From Cetorhinus maximus (taxonomy: Eukaryota): a stretch of 64,000 nt of DNA. Positions 1 to 11,830 of the stretch are shown here, piece by piece (the stretch's first letter is position 1; every line of letters begins with the position of its first letter). Location of the stretch: positions 23,746,001 through 23,810,000 of the forward strand of contig NC_135906.1 in NCBI RefSeq assembly GCF_964194155.1, written 5' to 3'. The notes beneath the pieces are model-generated. The model had not been told where the DNA came from and ran no database searches. It was given only the letters and a program-made list of their open reading frames with translations. Position numbers and translations under genes: made by a program.

Positions 1-1304
1 ACAAATTTTCAATCTGTAAAATGCCCTGATGCAGCAATTAAACTCTGAATGACCCGAGGCTGATGCACTTAAAAATTGCATTCAACTTTAGCGACAGAAT
101 AATACCTGCTGTTAATGCAAGGTAGAAAACTCCCATCTTCATAAAATAGCATGTCATCCAACACAGTATGAGCCACACCGTCGATTATCTGCTAATATAA
201 AATAAACTACCTAGTATCTTTAGATCAGCCAAGTTTACGGGAGCGCAGGCTGTATTTTCAACAAACACACAATAACAGAGCTGTTCACCATTTCAAAATA
301 TTCATGAGCCCAAAATGATAACTTGTGAACCGATTTATCCCCTAATGAGTCAACACTTCATTAGTAATTTACTTGCTGATGTAAGTGAACAGAAATCCAC
401 AACATTGAGTTAGTTTCCGATATTTGTTTGCAGCCAAGTGTTTCAGTTTCAATTTCTCGTAAATTGTGCTGAATTGGGTGATAATTATACTCGTTGATGC
501 CCCACTTGCTGTGAGTTAGTGGGTTGGCCACCCTCTCCGCCGCGGTGCCAACTCGCAGAAATAGAAATCATAGAAATTTACAGCACTGAGGGAGGAGGCC
601 GCTCAGCCCATCATGTTCTCACCAGCCCACAAGGAGCCATCCAGCTCTCAGTTCCCAAGCCTTGCAGAACAGTTTTGAACAGACTTGAAACGTTAACTCT
701 GTTTCTCTCCCTGATGAGGCTCCAGAGTGTTAGCATAAAAAAAAAATGATGATATATGCTCTCACACATAATGACATCAGCTCACTTTTTTGAAGGCAGC
801 TTGTGTGTTAGAACGGGTGCAAATCCATGCTTATTTGATGATGCTCCACTGACTTTATTATCAGCCACTTTGGTGTATCACATACATTGATATAACCTGC
901 ATTGTTTTTTTGCTTGGGTTGGTGCATTAGGATTTTCTCTTTGTTACGTAATTGGTACCCAGTCACAGTTTTCTCATTTTAAACACTAGTTTGGTGATGC
1001 GAAACAACAAGAGAGAGAGAAAGAAAAGCAATCCTCAGCTTCAGCAACTCACCTCTTCAGTGAGGCACAACCTCAATCCCCTGTTTGAACGGCGCTTGGT
1101 ATCCCCATCAACCAGTCACAATGGCGGATGTATCTGAAAGTAGCAGAATCCACCCCCCCTCCCCCCCTGCCGGTATCTCACTCAATCGCCATGCTTCACA
1201 TGCGCAAAGCCAAGGCTCTACAGAAGCCTGGATCTTTACAGTGGAGGAGGAGGCCATTTGGCCCATCGTGTCTGTGTTGCCTCCTTGCAAAGCAACAACT
1301 TGCA

Positions 1305-1622
1305 CTCGTTCAGTTAAAAACGTTCCCAGGGCACTGCACTGGAGAAATATCGGACAATGTTTGACACTGAGACACATAAGGAGGTATTAGGACCGATGAC
1401 CATAACCCCTGGCTGATTTAAGGAGCGTCTTAAAGGAGGAGAGGTGGAGAGGTTTAGGTGGGTGAGGGGGAGGTGGAATTCCAGAGCTTAGGGCATTGAC
1501 AGCTGGAAGCACAATTGCCAATGGTGCAGCGATTAAAATCTGGGGAGGCGCAAGAGGCCAGAATTGGAGTACAGAAATCTCAGAGGGCTGTCGGGCTGGA
1601 GGAGGTTGCAGAGATAGGGAAG
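1305..1622 (-). mobile_element. L2-like LINE 3' fragment
   Basis: 'tttaaggagcgtcttaaaggaggagaggtggagaggtttagg...gaattccagagcttagggc...ggaggaggttgcagagataggga'; a plus-strand relative lies at ~32780-32980. Confidence 0.65.
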
Positions 1623-1769
1623 GAATCCACCACTAGTCTCACTGCAATGGGCTCTTCCTATGTGTGTGTGGCAAGGCAATCATGTACAATCCTATCCAAC
1701 CTGCAGTCCGTACGCACTCCCTTTCCAACTCATTCATAGACTAGGATCAGGAGATCAAACTTAACATTT

Positions 1770-2115
1770 TTTTAAAAAATTTGTTCATGGGATGTGGGTG
1801 TCGCTGGCTAGGGCAGCACTTATTGCCCATCCCTAATTGCCCTTGAGAACTGAGTGGCTTGCTAGGCCATTTCGGGGGGCATTTAAGAGTCAACCACATT
1901 GCTGTGAGCCTGCCAGTCACATTGTAGGCCGGACCAGGTAGATTTCCTTTCCTAAAGGGCATTAGTGAACCAGGTGAGTTTTTACGACAATTTATTTTGT
2001 CATCATAAGAGCCTTAATTCCATCTACCATGGTGGAATTTGAACCCAGGTGCCCAGCGCATTACCCTGGGTATCTGGAGTACTAATCCAGTGACAATTCC
2101 ACTACACCACCGCCT
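1770..2115 (-). mobile_element. tRNA-derived SINE sharing its 3' tail with the LINE family
   Basis: Reverse complement of the 7798-8155 element (A/B-box-like head; gggcaattagggatgggcaataa tail). Confidence 0.8.
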
Positions 2116-2354
2116 TCATCACAAATCGTGCAGTACAATTATCCACTACACAATAATCGTGGCTTCCAAAAACAGCACTGTAAATGAACGTGAATTCAAA
2201 GGCCGCTAATATTAACTCTATCACTAAATCCCTGTCTGTCAGCTCCACTGTTGTCAGTTCTGAACAAACCTGTTTCATCGTCCTTCCTGTGACGAGTCAC
2301 TGTTGACATTGTCTTACCTTGTCCTTTCTGGGCTGTTCATTCCAAGGAGCAGCA

Positions 2355-2812
2355 AGGCTCGGCTGCTATCGCCCTCACTTCTGAGACACGAGGTTCTGGG
2401 TTCAACTCACACACCAGGGCTTGAGCACGAAAGCAATCAAGGCTGACCCCCCAGTGCAGTATTGAAGGTGCACTGCACTGCTGGCTGTGTTGGCACCTTG
2501 GATGTGATGTTAAACCGACACCTTGCCTGCTTGCTCAGGTGGATGTAAAAGGTCCTGTGACACTATTTTCAAGACAAGCAGCGGATTTATCCCCAGTGTC
2601 CTGATCAATATTTATCCCTCCACAAAAAAAATGTCCAGATGATCTGGTGATTATCACATTGCTGTTTGTGGGAGCTTGCTGTGTGCAAATTGGTCACTGT
2701 GTTTCCTACATTACAACAGAGACCACACTTAGAAAAGTACTTCATGGGCTGTCAAGTGCTTTAAGTCATCCAGTGGACGTGAAAAGCGCTATGTAAATGC
2801 AAATCTTTTTTT
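2355..2812 (+). mobile_element. DeuSINE-like (SacSINE1/AmnSINE1-related) SINE
   Basis: tRNA-like head, central 'ctcaggtggatgtaaaag...attgctgtttgtgggagcttgctgtgtgcaaattgg' domain, L2-like tail 'gtgaaaagcgctatgtaaatgcaa'. Confidence 0.75.
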
Positions 2813-3390
2813 ATGTCCTAACGCGTCCAGGGCCATGACAGATGTTCCAGCTGTTTCCAATCTTGAACCATTGCAGTCATCCTTTTTTGAATCTTGGAGT
2901 TTGAGCTGGAAGGCACACAGCTTTCAATGCAGATTTTTAGTATGTTAAATATATCTGAAATATTTTACAAATGTGCTTTGAACTGCTTGTCACATGTACA
3001 AAGAGATTCCTTTTTTTTCTTTTAAAATTACTTCAGAGGAATATATATAGTCTCTCTGCAGCTAATAATTTAGTTACATAACGTCAATCCTCCAGTGCCA
3101 AAACGTACCAGAATTCTCTAATTCAGTCCGCAGTAATGAACACGTCAAAATGCTGAGCTGATTTTGTGTTTGAGTTCCTGGAGGCTGCAGGAGGCACAGG
3201 CTGCTAATGAGATTTTGTTTGTGCTTTTCAGTCCTTGCTGATGCAGGCAGTCAAAGTTAAAGGTCTCCCCCGTTCCCCCCCACCATGGCATGGCCAGTGT
3301 TTTCTCAGAGGAGGCTTCAGCAAGGGGGCTTCCTTTCAACTGAGGCTAGACACATTTGCTAACCTGTTAACCACTGGAGTGCGATAAGCT

Positions 3391-3958
3391 AAGGATGGAA
3401 TGTGCCTTTGCAAAGAAGGTCTGTGACGAGATGGTTTTTGTCAAGGTTCATCCTGAGCAGTTCTGTGACGCAGGACTCCATGTCCTACAGACTGTTTCCA
3501 GGAATGCACACCGGGATAAACATCAATTAGGACTGGAGGGCCATCAACTAGGTGAAAGACGCTTTTTGGTCTGCCCGAAACTTGCTGCTCTTCTAGTGCA
3601 AAGAGTTGTCCTCGACCAGGTGTTGCAGGCTGGCATAATCCAAGGTCCAGGACCACTTGCTGAGGGATGCACTAAATTTGGGGCAGCCTCTGCAAAGGTT
3701 CAATGGGCAAGGGCCTCTGCCTAAGGCCCTTCATCTGTAGTACACCCAGGGGCTGGAAACTGAAGAGCCCCTTGGGCTGTATGCCTGACATGGAATTTAT
3801 ATTGTGAATATTAAGAGTATTGAAATTGTATTGAGGCAACTCAGAGGATGCTGTATGGAGCAAAGTTGAATGTTATTGCACTTTCTGTAATATTCAATTT
3901 GTAATGTCTTGGAATGTGCTTTTACAAATTCTATGAATAAAGTATATTTTTGAAAAAG
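3391..3958 (+). mobile_element. Tx1/L1-clade non-LTR retrotransposon 3' end
   Basis: Frameshifted ORF2 C-terminus (ECAFAKKV...SRFIPSSSVTQDS...KDAFWSARNLLLF...GAASAKVQW), then an AT-rich UTR and 'aataaagtatatttttgaaaaa'. Confidence 0.7.
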
Positions 3959-5680
3959 CTATGGGCCCTGACAGTATTCCGGCAATAGTACTAAAGAGAA
4001 CTTGCCGCACCCCTAGCCAAACTGTTCCAGTACAGCTACAACATTGGCATCTACCCGGCAATGTGGAAAATTGCCCAGGTATGTCCTGTACACAAAAATC
4101 AGGGCAAATCCAACCCGGCCAATTACCGCCCCACCCCATCACTCTACTCTCAACCATCAGTAAAGCGATGGAGGGGGTTATCAACAGTGCTATCAAGCGG
4201 CACTTGCTTAGCAATAATCTGCTCACTGACATGCAGTTTGGGTTCCTCCAGGGCCACTCAGCTCCTGACCTCATTACAGTCTTGGTTCAAACATGCACAA
4301 AAGAGCTGAACTCCAGAGGTGAGGTGACAGTGACTGCCCTTGACACCAAGGCAGCATTTAACCAAGTGTGGCATTAAGGAGCCCTAGCAAAACTGGAGTC
4401 AGTGGGAATCAGGGGGAAAACTCTCCGCCGGTTGGAGTCATACCTAGCACAAAGGAAGATGGTTGTGGTTGTTGGAGGTCAATCATCTCAGCTCCAGGAC
4501 ATCACTGCAGGAGTTCCTCAGGGTAGTGTCCTAGGCCCAACCATCTTCAGCTGCTTCATCAATGACCTTCCTTCCATTGTAAGGGGGTGTTCACTAATGA
4601 TTGCACAATGTTCAGCACCATTCGCGAATCCTCAGATACTGAAGCAGTTCATGTCCAAATGCAGCAAGACCTGGACATTATCCACATAATGTAAAAGCAA
4701 AATACTGTGGATGCTGGAAATCTGAAAAAAAACCCAGAAAATGCTGGAAAAGCTCAGCGGGTCCGACAGCATTTGTGGAAAGAGAAAAACAATGTTAATG
4801 TTTCAAGTCTGTATGACTAGGATCATACGGACTCGAAACGTTAACTTTGTTTTTCTCTCTGGACAATATCCAGGCTCGGGCTGACAAGTGGCAAAAGTAA
4901 CATTTGCACCACACAAGTGTCAGGCAATGACCATCTCCAACAAGAGAGAATCTAACCATCGCCCCTTGACGTTCAAGGCATTACCATTGCTGATTCCCCC
5001 ACTATCAACACCCTGGGGTTACCATTGACCGGAAACTGAACTGGACTAGCCATATAAATACTGTGACTGAAAGAGCAGGTCAGAGGCTAGGAATCCTGTG
5101 GCGAGTAACTCACCTCCTGACTCCCCAGAGCCTGTCCACAATCTACAAGGCACAAGTCAGAAGTGTGATGGAATACTCCCCACTTGCCTGGATGAGTGCA
5201 GCTCCAATAACACTTAAGAAGCTTGACACCATCCAGGACAAAGCAGCCCGCTTGATTGGCACCCTATCCACAAACATTCACTCCCTCCACCATCAATGCA
5301 CAGTGGCAGCAGTGTGTACCATCTACATGATGCTCTGCAACAACTCACCAAGGGTCCTTAGATAGCACCTACCAAACCCACGACTGCTACCATCTAGAAG
5401 GATAAGGGCAGCAGATACATGGGAACGCCATCACCTGGAAGTTCCCCTCCAAGTCACTCACCATCCTGACTTGGAAATATATCGCTGTTCCTTCACTGTC
5501 GATGGGTCAAAATCCTGGAACTCCCTCCCTAACAGCACTGTGGGTGTACCTACACCACATGGACTGCAGCGGTTCAAGAAGGCAGCTCACCACCGCCTTC
5601 TCAAGGGCAGTTATGGATGGGCAATAAATGCTGGGCCCAGCCAGCGATGCCCACATCCTATAAAATGAATTTTTAAAAAT
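3959..5680 (+). mobile_element. 5'-truncated LINE (CR1/L2-group reverse transcriptase), decayed and interrupted at 4685-4858
   Basis: RT fragments 'NPANYRP', 'QFGFLQGHSAPDL', 'GVPQGSVLGP', 'YKAQVRSVMEYSPLAW'; 3' tail ggcaataaatgctgg...cccacatcc...tgaat. Confidence 0.9.
4685..4858. mobile_element. Palindromic PLE-terminus-derived short repeat inserted in a LINE
   Basis: 'aaatactgtggatgctggaaatctgaaa...gctggaaaagctcagc' arm followed by an inverted partial arm; flanked by ctggaca(t/a)tatcca at 4671-4684 and 4859-4872. Confidence 0.8.
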
Positions 5681-6674
5681 AGTTCCACATTCTCACCACT
5701 CTCTGATTCTCCTGAATTCCCTATTGGAATTCTTGGTAACTATCGTACACTTATGGCCCCTAGTTCTGGTCTCCCTCAAAAATTCGAACCATTCAGAACC
5801 CACCTGTTTACACTTGGGCTAATCCCCTATGAAAACTTAAAACCCGCTATTATGTCACCCCTCCCCACCCCAGCCTTGGCTTTTCCAGAGGGAGTGCTAA
5901 TCCCTAGGGAAGCTTTAAAAAAAAACCTCATACGTGGTAAAATTCCAAATATCTCACGAATGGAGCACATGGCTTTGCTTGGGTGCATTAACGATTCTGA
6001 CATTCACTGTGCCTGATAGCTCCTGTCAGAGGCAGGTAACATTGCTGAGTGTCAGCCTTTACCAAGTTGCCTAACTGGATGCGGAGGATGAGAGTTCTTC
6101 GCTTATCAATTTGAATGCAGCACTGAGCTGCTGTTCTTCCTCCCATGAAAGAGCCAAAGCGACTTGTGTCTAATGGGTATTTTGACTAAACATTTAACTT
6201 GTTTCCACAATTCATTGCTCAGGGCCTCACCCAAATCTCTTTTGATTGCCTGTACACAGAAGGTCTGTTTAGCGATAGTTAGCACAACTGATGCGGGTCT
6301 GTTATATTTTCTTCTCTCTCTCTCAGGGAAGTGTCCTTGTGACAAAAAATACTGCAAGAGGGGGACCATTCATTTCAAGGTACAATCGCAAAAACTAGCG
6401 ACGCCAAGTCACAGCCAAACTATTTCACAACATGAAAAGCAAAATAAAGAAAGATGAAGGAAACGTTTTGCATAACCAGAGGGAGAAAATGGCATGAAGC
6501 ATACAGACCAGAGGAACAAAGTGGCTTTCTTTGATTTAATCTTAGTACAAGGGCAATGAGGTCACAACCAATTCGAAGAACATCTCAGAAAGTTTTCAGG
6601 GGTGGAGGGAGGGAACGACGGAATGACGTTAGGAGGTTCCGATGTGGCGTCGTGTTCCCCAACGCAAATTCAGG

Positions 6675-7000
6675 TAGGGTCGACAACCCTCCAGGATTGG
6701 CCTGGCTTTTCCAGCAATAGGAGATCAATCCCCAGGACACTGCTGCATGCAACCATGGAGAAAAATCATCGGGACATTAAAAAAGATTGTTTTTTTTTAG
6801 TCATTTTCTTTGAACATTTCTCTTTACCAGATTTTAAAATATTGAAAATGGGGAGAGGGAGTCCGTCAAGCACCCTTCAATTGGGTAATGAGGCAGTACG
6901 TCACAAGGCTGGATGTGTTGGCCAACTAATGGCTGGAGTTTGGGGGCAAATCATGTGATTAAACCTCCCGGAATACATTTAATCACACCGGGCAACCCTA
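6675..7000. mobile_element. hAT-like MITE
   Basis: Ends tagggtcgac... / ...ggcaacccta; flanks aattcagg (6667-6674) and aactctgg (7001-7008) match at 6/8, consistent with a decayed 8-bp TSD. Confidence 0.55.
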
Positions 7001-7349
7001 AACTCTGGGTTTATCTCCTCTCGTCATCTGAAGATGTCAACAAATCCTGGGTACAGGTGAAGGTGTTGACTCAAGTTGGGATATGGTTGTAGGTGATGAC
7101 TTACTGAGCATAGTTGCTGAAGTTCAGCTCCCCATGGCTGTCAGAGTATCTCAGATGTTTAGTTCTGCCAGTCACATGCTGTTTAACACAATCATCGGTG
7201 TGCTGTTGCAAATCAATTGATAACTTTCATATTTGAAATTACCATGTTAAAATAATTTGTAAAGGCATCTATGGTGAATATGTTAAGCAGATAAGGACCA
7301 GAGAAAAGTACACTCTCACATTTTATACCAAAGGTTTCAGAAAGATCTT

Positions 7350-7775
7350 AGGCCTTTATTCATTAGAGTTTAGAAGAATGAGGGGTGATCTTATTGAAAC
7401 GTACAAGATTCTGAGGGGGCTTGACAGGGTAGATGTTGAGAAGATGTTTCCACTAGTAGGGGAATCTCAAACTAGGGGACATAGTTACAGAACAAGGGGG
7501 CACTCATTTAAAACTGAGATGCGAGGGAATTTCTTCTCTCAGAGGGTAGTGAATGTCTGGAAGTCTCTACCCCAGAGAGAAGAGGGCTAGATCACTGAAA
7601 GTTTTTTTAAAGAGGAGGCAGTTAGATTTTTGAAATATCGGGGAGTTGAGGGTTATGAGGAGTTGGCACCAAAGAAGAGTTGAGGCCTGGGGCAGATCAG
7701 CCATGATCTTATTGAATGGCGGGGCAGGATTGAAGGGGCCGAATGGCCTACTCCTGCTCCTATTTCTTATGTTTC
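7350..7775 (+). mobile_element. CR1-like LINE 3' end
   Basis: 'RGDLIETYKILRGLDRVD...FFSQRVVNVW.SLP' and tail 'aatggcctactcctgctcctatttcttatg'. Confidence 0.9.
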
Positions 7776-7797
7776 TGTTCTTATAATTCTAGAAGAC

Positions 7798-8155
7798 TGT
7801 GGTGTTCCGGTAACGTCACTAGACTACTAATCCAGAAACCCAGGCTTGTAGTCTGGGGGCAAATCCCACCGTTAATTAACAAATCTGGAATTAAAAGCCG
7901 GCCTCAATAATGGTGACCATGAAACAATTGTTGTAAAAACCCATTTGGTTCGCTAATGCCCGTTAGGGAAGGAAATCTGCCGTCCTTACCCGGTCCGGCC
8001 TACATGTGACTCCACACCCACAGCAATGTGGTTGACTCTTAACTGCCCCTCTGAAATGGCCTCGCAAGCCACTCAGTTCAAGGGCAATTAGGGATGGGCC
8101 ACAAATGCTGGCCTTGCCAGCGACGCCCACATCCCATGACGGAATAAATTTTTTT
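7798..8155 (+). mobile_element. tRNA-derived SINE with LINE-derived 3' tail
   Basis: Head 'gtggtg..ggtaacgtcactagactactaatccagaa..aaatcccacc', body 'agggaaggaaatctgccgtccttacc', shared tail. Confidence 0.85.
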
Positions 8156-8249
8156 AAAAAGAATTGATTGGCTATCAATATAAGGAAAGATAGTACAGCC
8201 TGTGATCCTTTTCTCAGGAATAAGTATCTGGATAAGAGTGAGGGATGGA

Positions 8250-9045
8250 CTAAGGGTCTTTGAAATTAGGAAGGACTTTGACAGGATGGATGTGGGGGAG
8301 TCCAAAACTAAGGTCGTAAATAAAAGGTGGTTACTAATAAATCTAATAGAGAATGCAGGAGAAACTTCTTTACCCCACAGAGTGGTGAGAATGTGGAACT
8401 CGCTACCACATATAGTAATTAAGACAAACAGCATTGATGTATTGAAGGGAAAGCTAGATAAACACGTGAGAGATAAAGGGATAGAAAGATATGCTCACAA
8501 GAGTGAGATGAAGTCATGTGGGGTCATCCCGGTTAGATAACACCTGGAGTACCAGTTCTGGGCAACAAATTTTAGGAAGTATGTATTGGCCTTGGAGGGA
8601 GTGCAGTATTGATTTACCTGGAAGCCAAGAAATAAATTACAAGGAGGATTACACAAACTAGGATTGTATTCCCTGAGGTTTAGCAGGTTAAGGGGTGATT
8701 TGATCAAAGTTTTCAGGATATTAAGGGGAGCGGATAGGGTAGATTGAGAGGAACTATTTCTGCAGGGGGGAGCCAAGGGCTAGGGGGCATAATCTAAAAA
8801 TTTCAGGAGTGAAATGAGGAAACACTTTCACACACAAAGAATAGGGAAAAGTTCGGAACCCTCTTCTGCAAGCAAATGGATATTGTTGCTATTTTTAAAT
8901 CCGGCAGATTTTTGTTATCCAAAGGTATTAAGGGATATGGGACAAAGGTGGGGTATATGGAGTTAGGCCACAGATCAGCCATGATCTCATTGAATGGCAG
9001 AACAGGTTTGAGGGGCTGAATGGCCTCCTCCTGTTCCTGCATTCC
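8250..9045 (+). mobile_element. Two adjacent CR1-like LINE 3' fragments
   Basis: 'HRVVRMWNSLP'; second tail 'ggctgaatggcctcctcctgttcct'. Confidence 0.8.
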
Positions 9046-9597
9046 TCGGTGGGCCATGTGGAGCATAAACAGCGGCGTTGATCAGTTGAGCTGAACGGCC
9101 TATTCCTGAGCTATTAATTCTTCGTAAAGGTGTATAACCTCGCTTTTCCCAATCTTCGACCTTTCCTGCTCTGTCTGTTTGACTATTGGCAACTTGCAAT
9201 TAGCAGAGGAGGGGAGAATATTGTAGGAGACATTCAGCTCCTTGGATCTGCTCCAACATTCAGTTAGATCCTGGCTAGTCTCTTGCTGCCTTAGCTCCAT
9301 ATCCCTTGTTACCCTTGCCTCACAAAGATCTATTGATCTCCGTCTTGAAAGTTCCTATCATCCCCCAGATTGCACAGCCTCTTACGGGAGAGAATTACAG
9401 ATTTCTACCATCCTTTGTGTGAAGAAATGCTTTCTGGGTTCCTTCTTCCGAATCTGGCCAGATTTTAAGGATAAGTCCCCTTGACTTCCCCCATCGGAGG
9501 AATCAGTTTCTTCATATCCACCTTATCGAATGACATTTTAAACAACTCAGTTTGATCATTTGTGAGCTTTGATAATGATTGCTGCCTAACTGTTCTT

Positions 9598-9895
9598 TAT
9601 TTCTTTCATGGGATGTGGGCATCACTGGCAAGGCCAGCAATTGTTGCCCGTCCCTAATTGCCCTTGAACTGAGTGGCTGTGCTAGGCCATTTCAGAGGGG
9701 CAGTTAATCGTCAACCACATTGCTGTTGGGTCTGGAGTCACGTGTAGGGCCAGGCCGGGTAAGGACGGCAGATTTCCTTCCCTAAAGGGGCATTAATGTA
9801 ACAGATGGGTTTTTAATGACAATTGATGATGGCTGTTATGGTCACTATTACTATAGTCCAGATATATTGAGTGAATTTTTAAATTCCACCACCTG
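9598..9895 (-). mobile_element. Same SINE family
   Basis: Reverse complement of 7860-8150. Confidence 0.8.
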
Positions 9896-10123
9896 CTTGG
9901 ACCTCACCCTGACTGTGGCCAGTTGTAAAAGCCTTTCTATTGCTGGAGCTAAGACCAGCAGCCGCAACTCAGGCTGGACATTGAATCTTCCTGGTCTTTA
10001 AAATTAGAGTGGGAAATTGTTAGGCTGTCAGGCAAGTCACCCTCTTTCTCCTTATAACACTTGTGTTCAACACCAGGCTAAATGCTGCTTCTAACGCTAA
10101 TTGAGAAGAGTTGCAGACACATC

Positions 10124-11393
10124 GGGCGCGATCATCCCAGTGCGGTAGGGGGCGGGAAAAAGGGCGTTTTACCCGCTGGCCGCAATGGCAGGTTTTCATG
10201 CCGTATCATCCCAATCCCGCCTCATTAATCGCGCATTCCCAGGAGATATGCCCCTTCGCTGGCGAGTGGCCTCCGATTTCCCCGACACGCCGTCACCTCG
10301 CTGCTTCCTCATGCCGGCCGCCATTTTTAAAGCACAGCTGTGCGCACACCTCTCAGCGCTTCCAGCCCAGGACCTGCTGCACTGAAGACATGGCTCCAAA
10401 AGGCAAGAAGACTGCGGCCGCCGATTCAGTGATGCATCCCTGCGACGCCTTCTGGACACCGTTGGAGCCCACCTCGATGTCTCCTACCCCCACTCTGGCC
10501 GCAAGAGGCCCATCAGTGTCACCACTCCCACTTGGCAGGTGGTGGCAGTGGTGGTCAGTGCCAACGCTGTACACAAGAGGTTGGCCATCCAGTGCAGAAA
10601 GAGGATGAATGATCTCATCCATGCCACCAGGGTAAGGCAACCATCTCATCACTCTAAACTCACCCACTCACAAGCCCATCACACATTCACTGGCATCTCA
10701 CTCACTGCCAGCTCAAGGGATATCACCACTCTCTCTCTCACACGCACCCTCACATCCCCATCTGGCCTCATCTCCTCTGGAGATGCCTCCTCAGCCCTCA
10801 CCACCTTGAGGCCACTTGCACAGATCAACATGTGCCCCCCACACACACCCTGGGATAACCTTCTTCCCCAGTACAGCCCTCACCCTGCAGCCTCTTCCTT
10901 TGCCTGAGGCCACTTCTCCCCCTTCCCCCAGCAAACCCCAGCCCTGCAGACATTGAAAAGCCACCCCCGCCTTACGGCTGGTCTGGTGGGTAGAGACCTG
11001 CCCGTGAGCCCCCCCTAAAAGTGATGTGGTGTTGCCTGTGAAGCCTGGCGCTGATGACTGCGAGTGCTGCCCGAAGCAAGGTGGGCAAACAGACCTCGAA
11101 GTCCTGAGTGAAGTGCAGTTTGCCAGGTGCATGTCGCTTATATACAGCTGTGAAACACGTCGGCCATGCCCGGGTGATCCAGCGTGGGGGGGATGATTCC
11201 GGTGAGCTGGGTTTATTATGAGATGCAGAGGTATTAAAATGACATTCCTGATGTCTGCCGGCAGTGGGAAAGGCCGTTGACAGGCGGAGCGGACAATCGC
11301 AAATTGATTTGATGATGGCGTGAAACCGATTTTTGGAATTCCCGCCATATTGTCCGCATATGCCCGCCAACGGAGAAGGAAAATTCCACCCCC
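10124..11393 (+). mobile_element. Internally deleted PIF/Harbinger-type DNA transposon
   Basis: CpG-rich block with imperfect TIRs (gggcgcgatcatccc ... ggaaaattccacccc) and a Myb/SANT-like ORF remnant. Confidence 0.7.
10390..10631 (+). pseudogene. Frameshifted Myb/SANT-like (trihelix) DNA-binding exon of the Harbinger element
   Basis: MAPKGKKTAA/RFSDASLRRLLDTVGAHLDVSYPHSGRKRPISVTTPTWQVVAVVVSANAVHKRLAIQCRKRMNDLIHATR then GTAAGG donor; F...L..V / W..VA..V / QCRKR.NDL pattern; one frameshift near 10420. Confidence 0.75.
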
Positions 11394-11469
11394 TGGTATG
11401 AGGGAGCTGAGATCCACAGGGACAGGTTGTCTAGCTCACTGTGTCTCCCACCTTGTTACCTCAACGGTG

Positions 11470-11830
11470 AAAAGAAAAGAAGCTTGCATTTCTGTAGCGC
11501 CTTCCACCACCGCACGACATCCTGAAGCACTTTGCAGCCAGTGACGTACTTTTGAAGTGTAGTCACTGCTGCGATGCAGGAAACTTGGCAGCCAATTTGT
11601 GCACAGCAAGATCCCACAAACAGCAACGTGATAACGACCTGATAAAGGGCCAGAAGAATAAATATTATCCAGGGCACGGGCAGTAACTCCTCTGCTCTTC
11701 TTCAACATGTTGCCACGGTAGCTCTTACATCCACCTGAGGTGGCAGAGGGTTTAACGTCACATCCAAAAGACAGCGCCTCCAACAGAGCAGCATTCCCCC
11801 ATTACTGCACCCCGTGTGTCAGCCTTGCAC
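11470..11830 (-). mobile_element. DeuSINE-like SINE; a partial opposite-orientation copy follows at ~11890-12088
   Basis: Reverse complement of 2440-2812. Confidence 0.75.

Noticed and set aside
3145-3339. 64-aa minus-strand ORF next to the Tx1-like fragment
   Set aside because: No recognisable domain or flanking splice structure; it cannot be supported as coding.
10791-11417. 208-aa minus-strand ORF, the longest in the track
   Set aside because: Inside the GC-rich transposon remnant; no DDE or other motif is recognisable, so it is likely a chance ORF.
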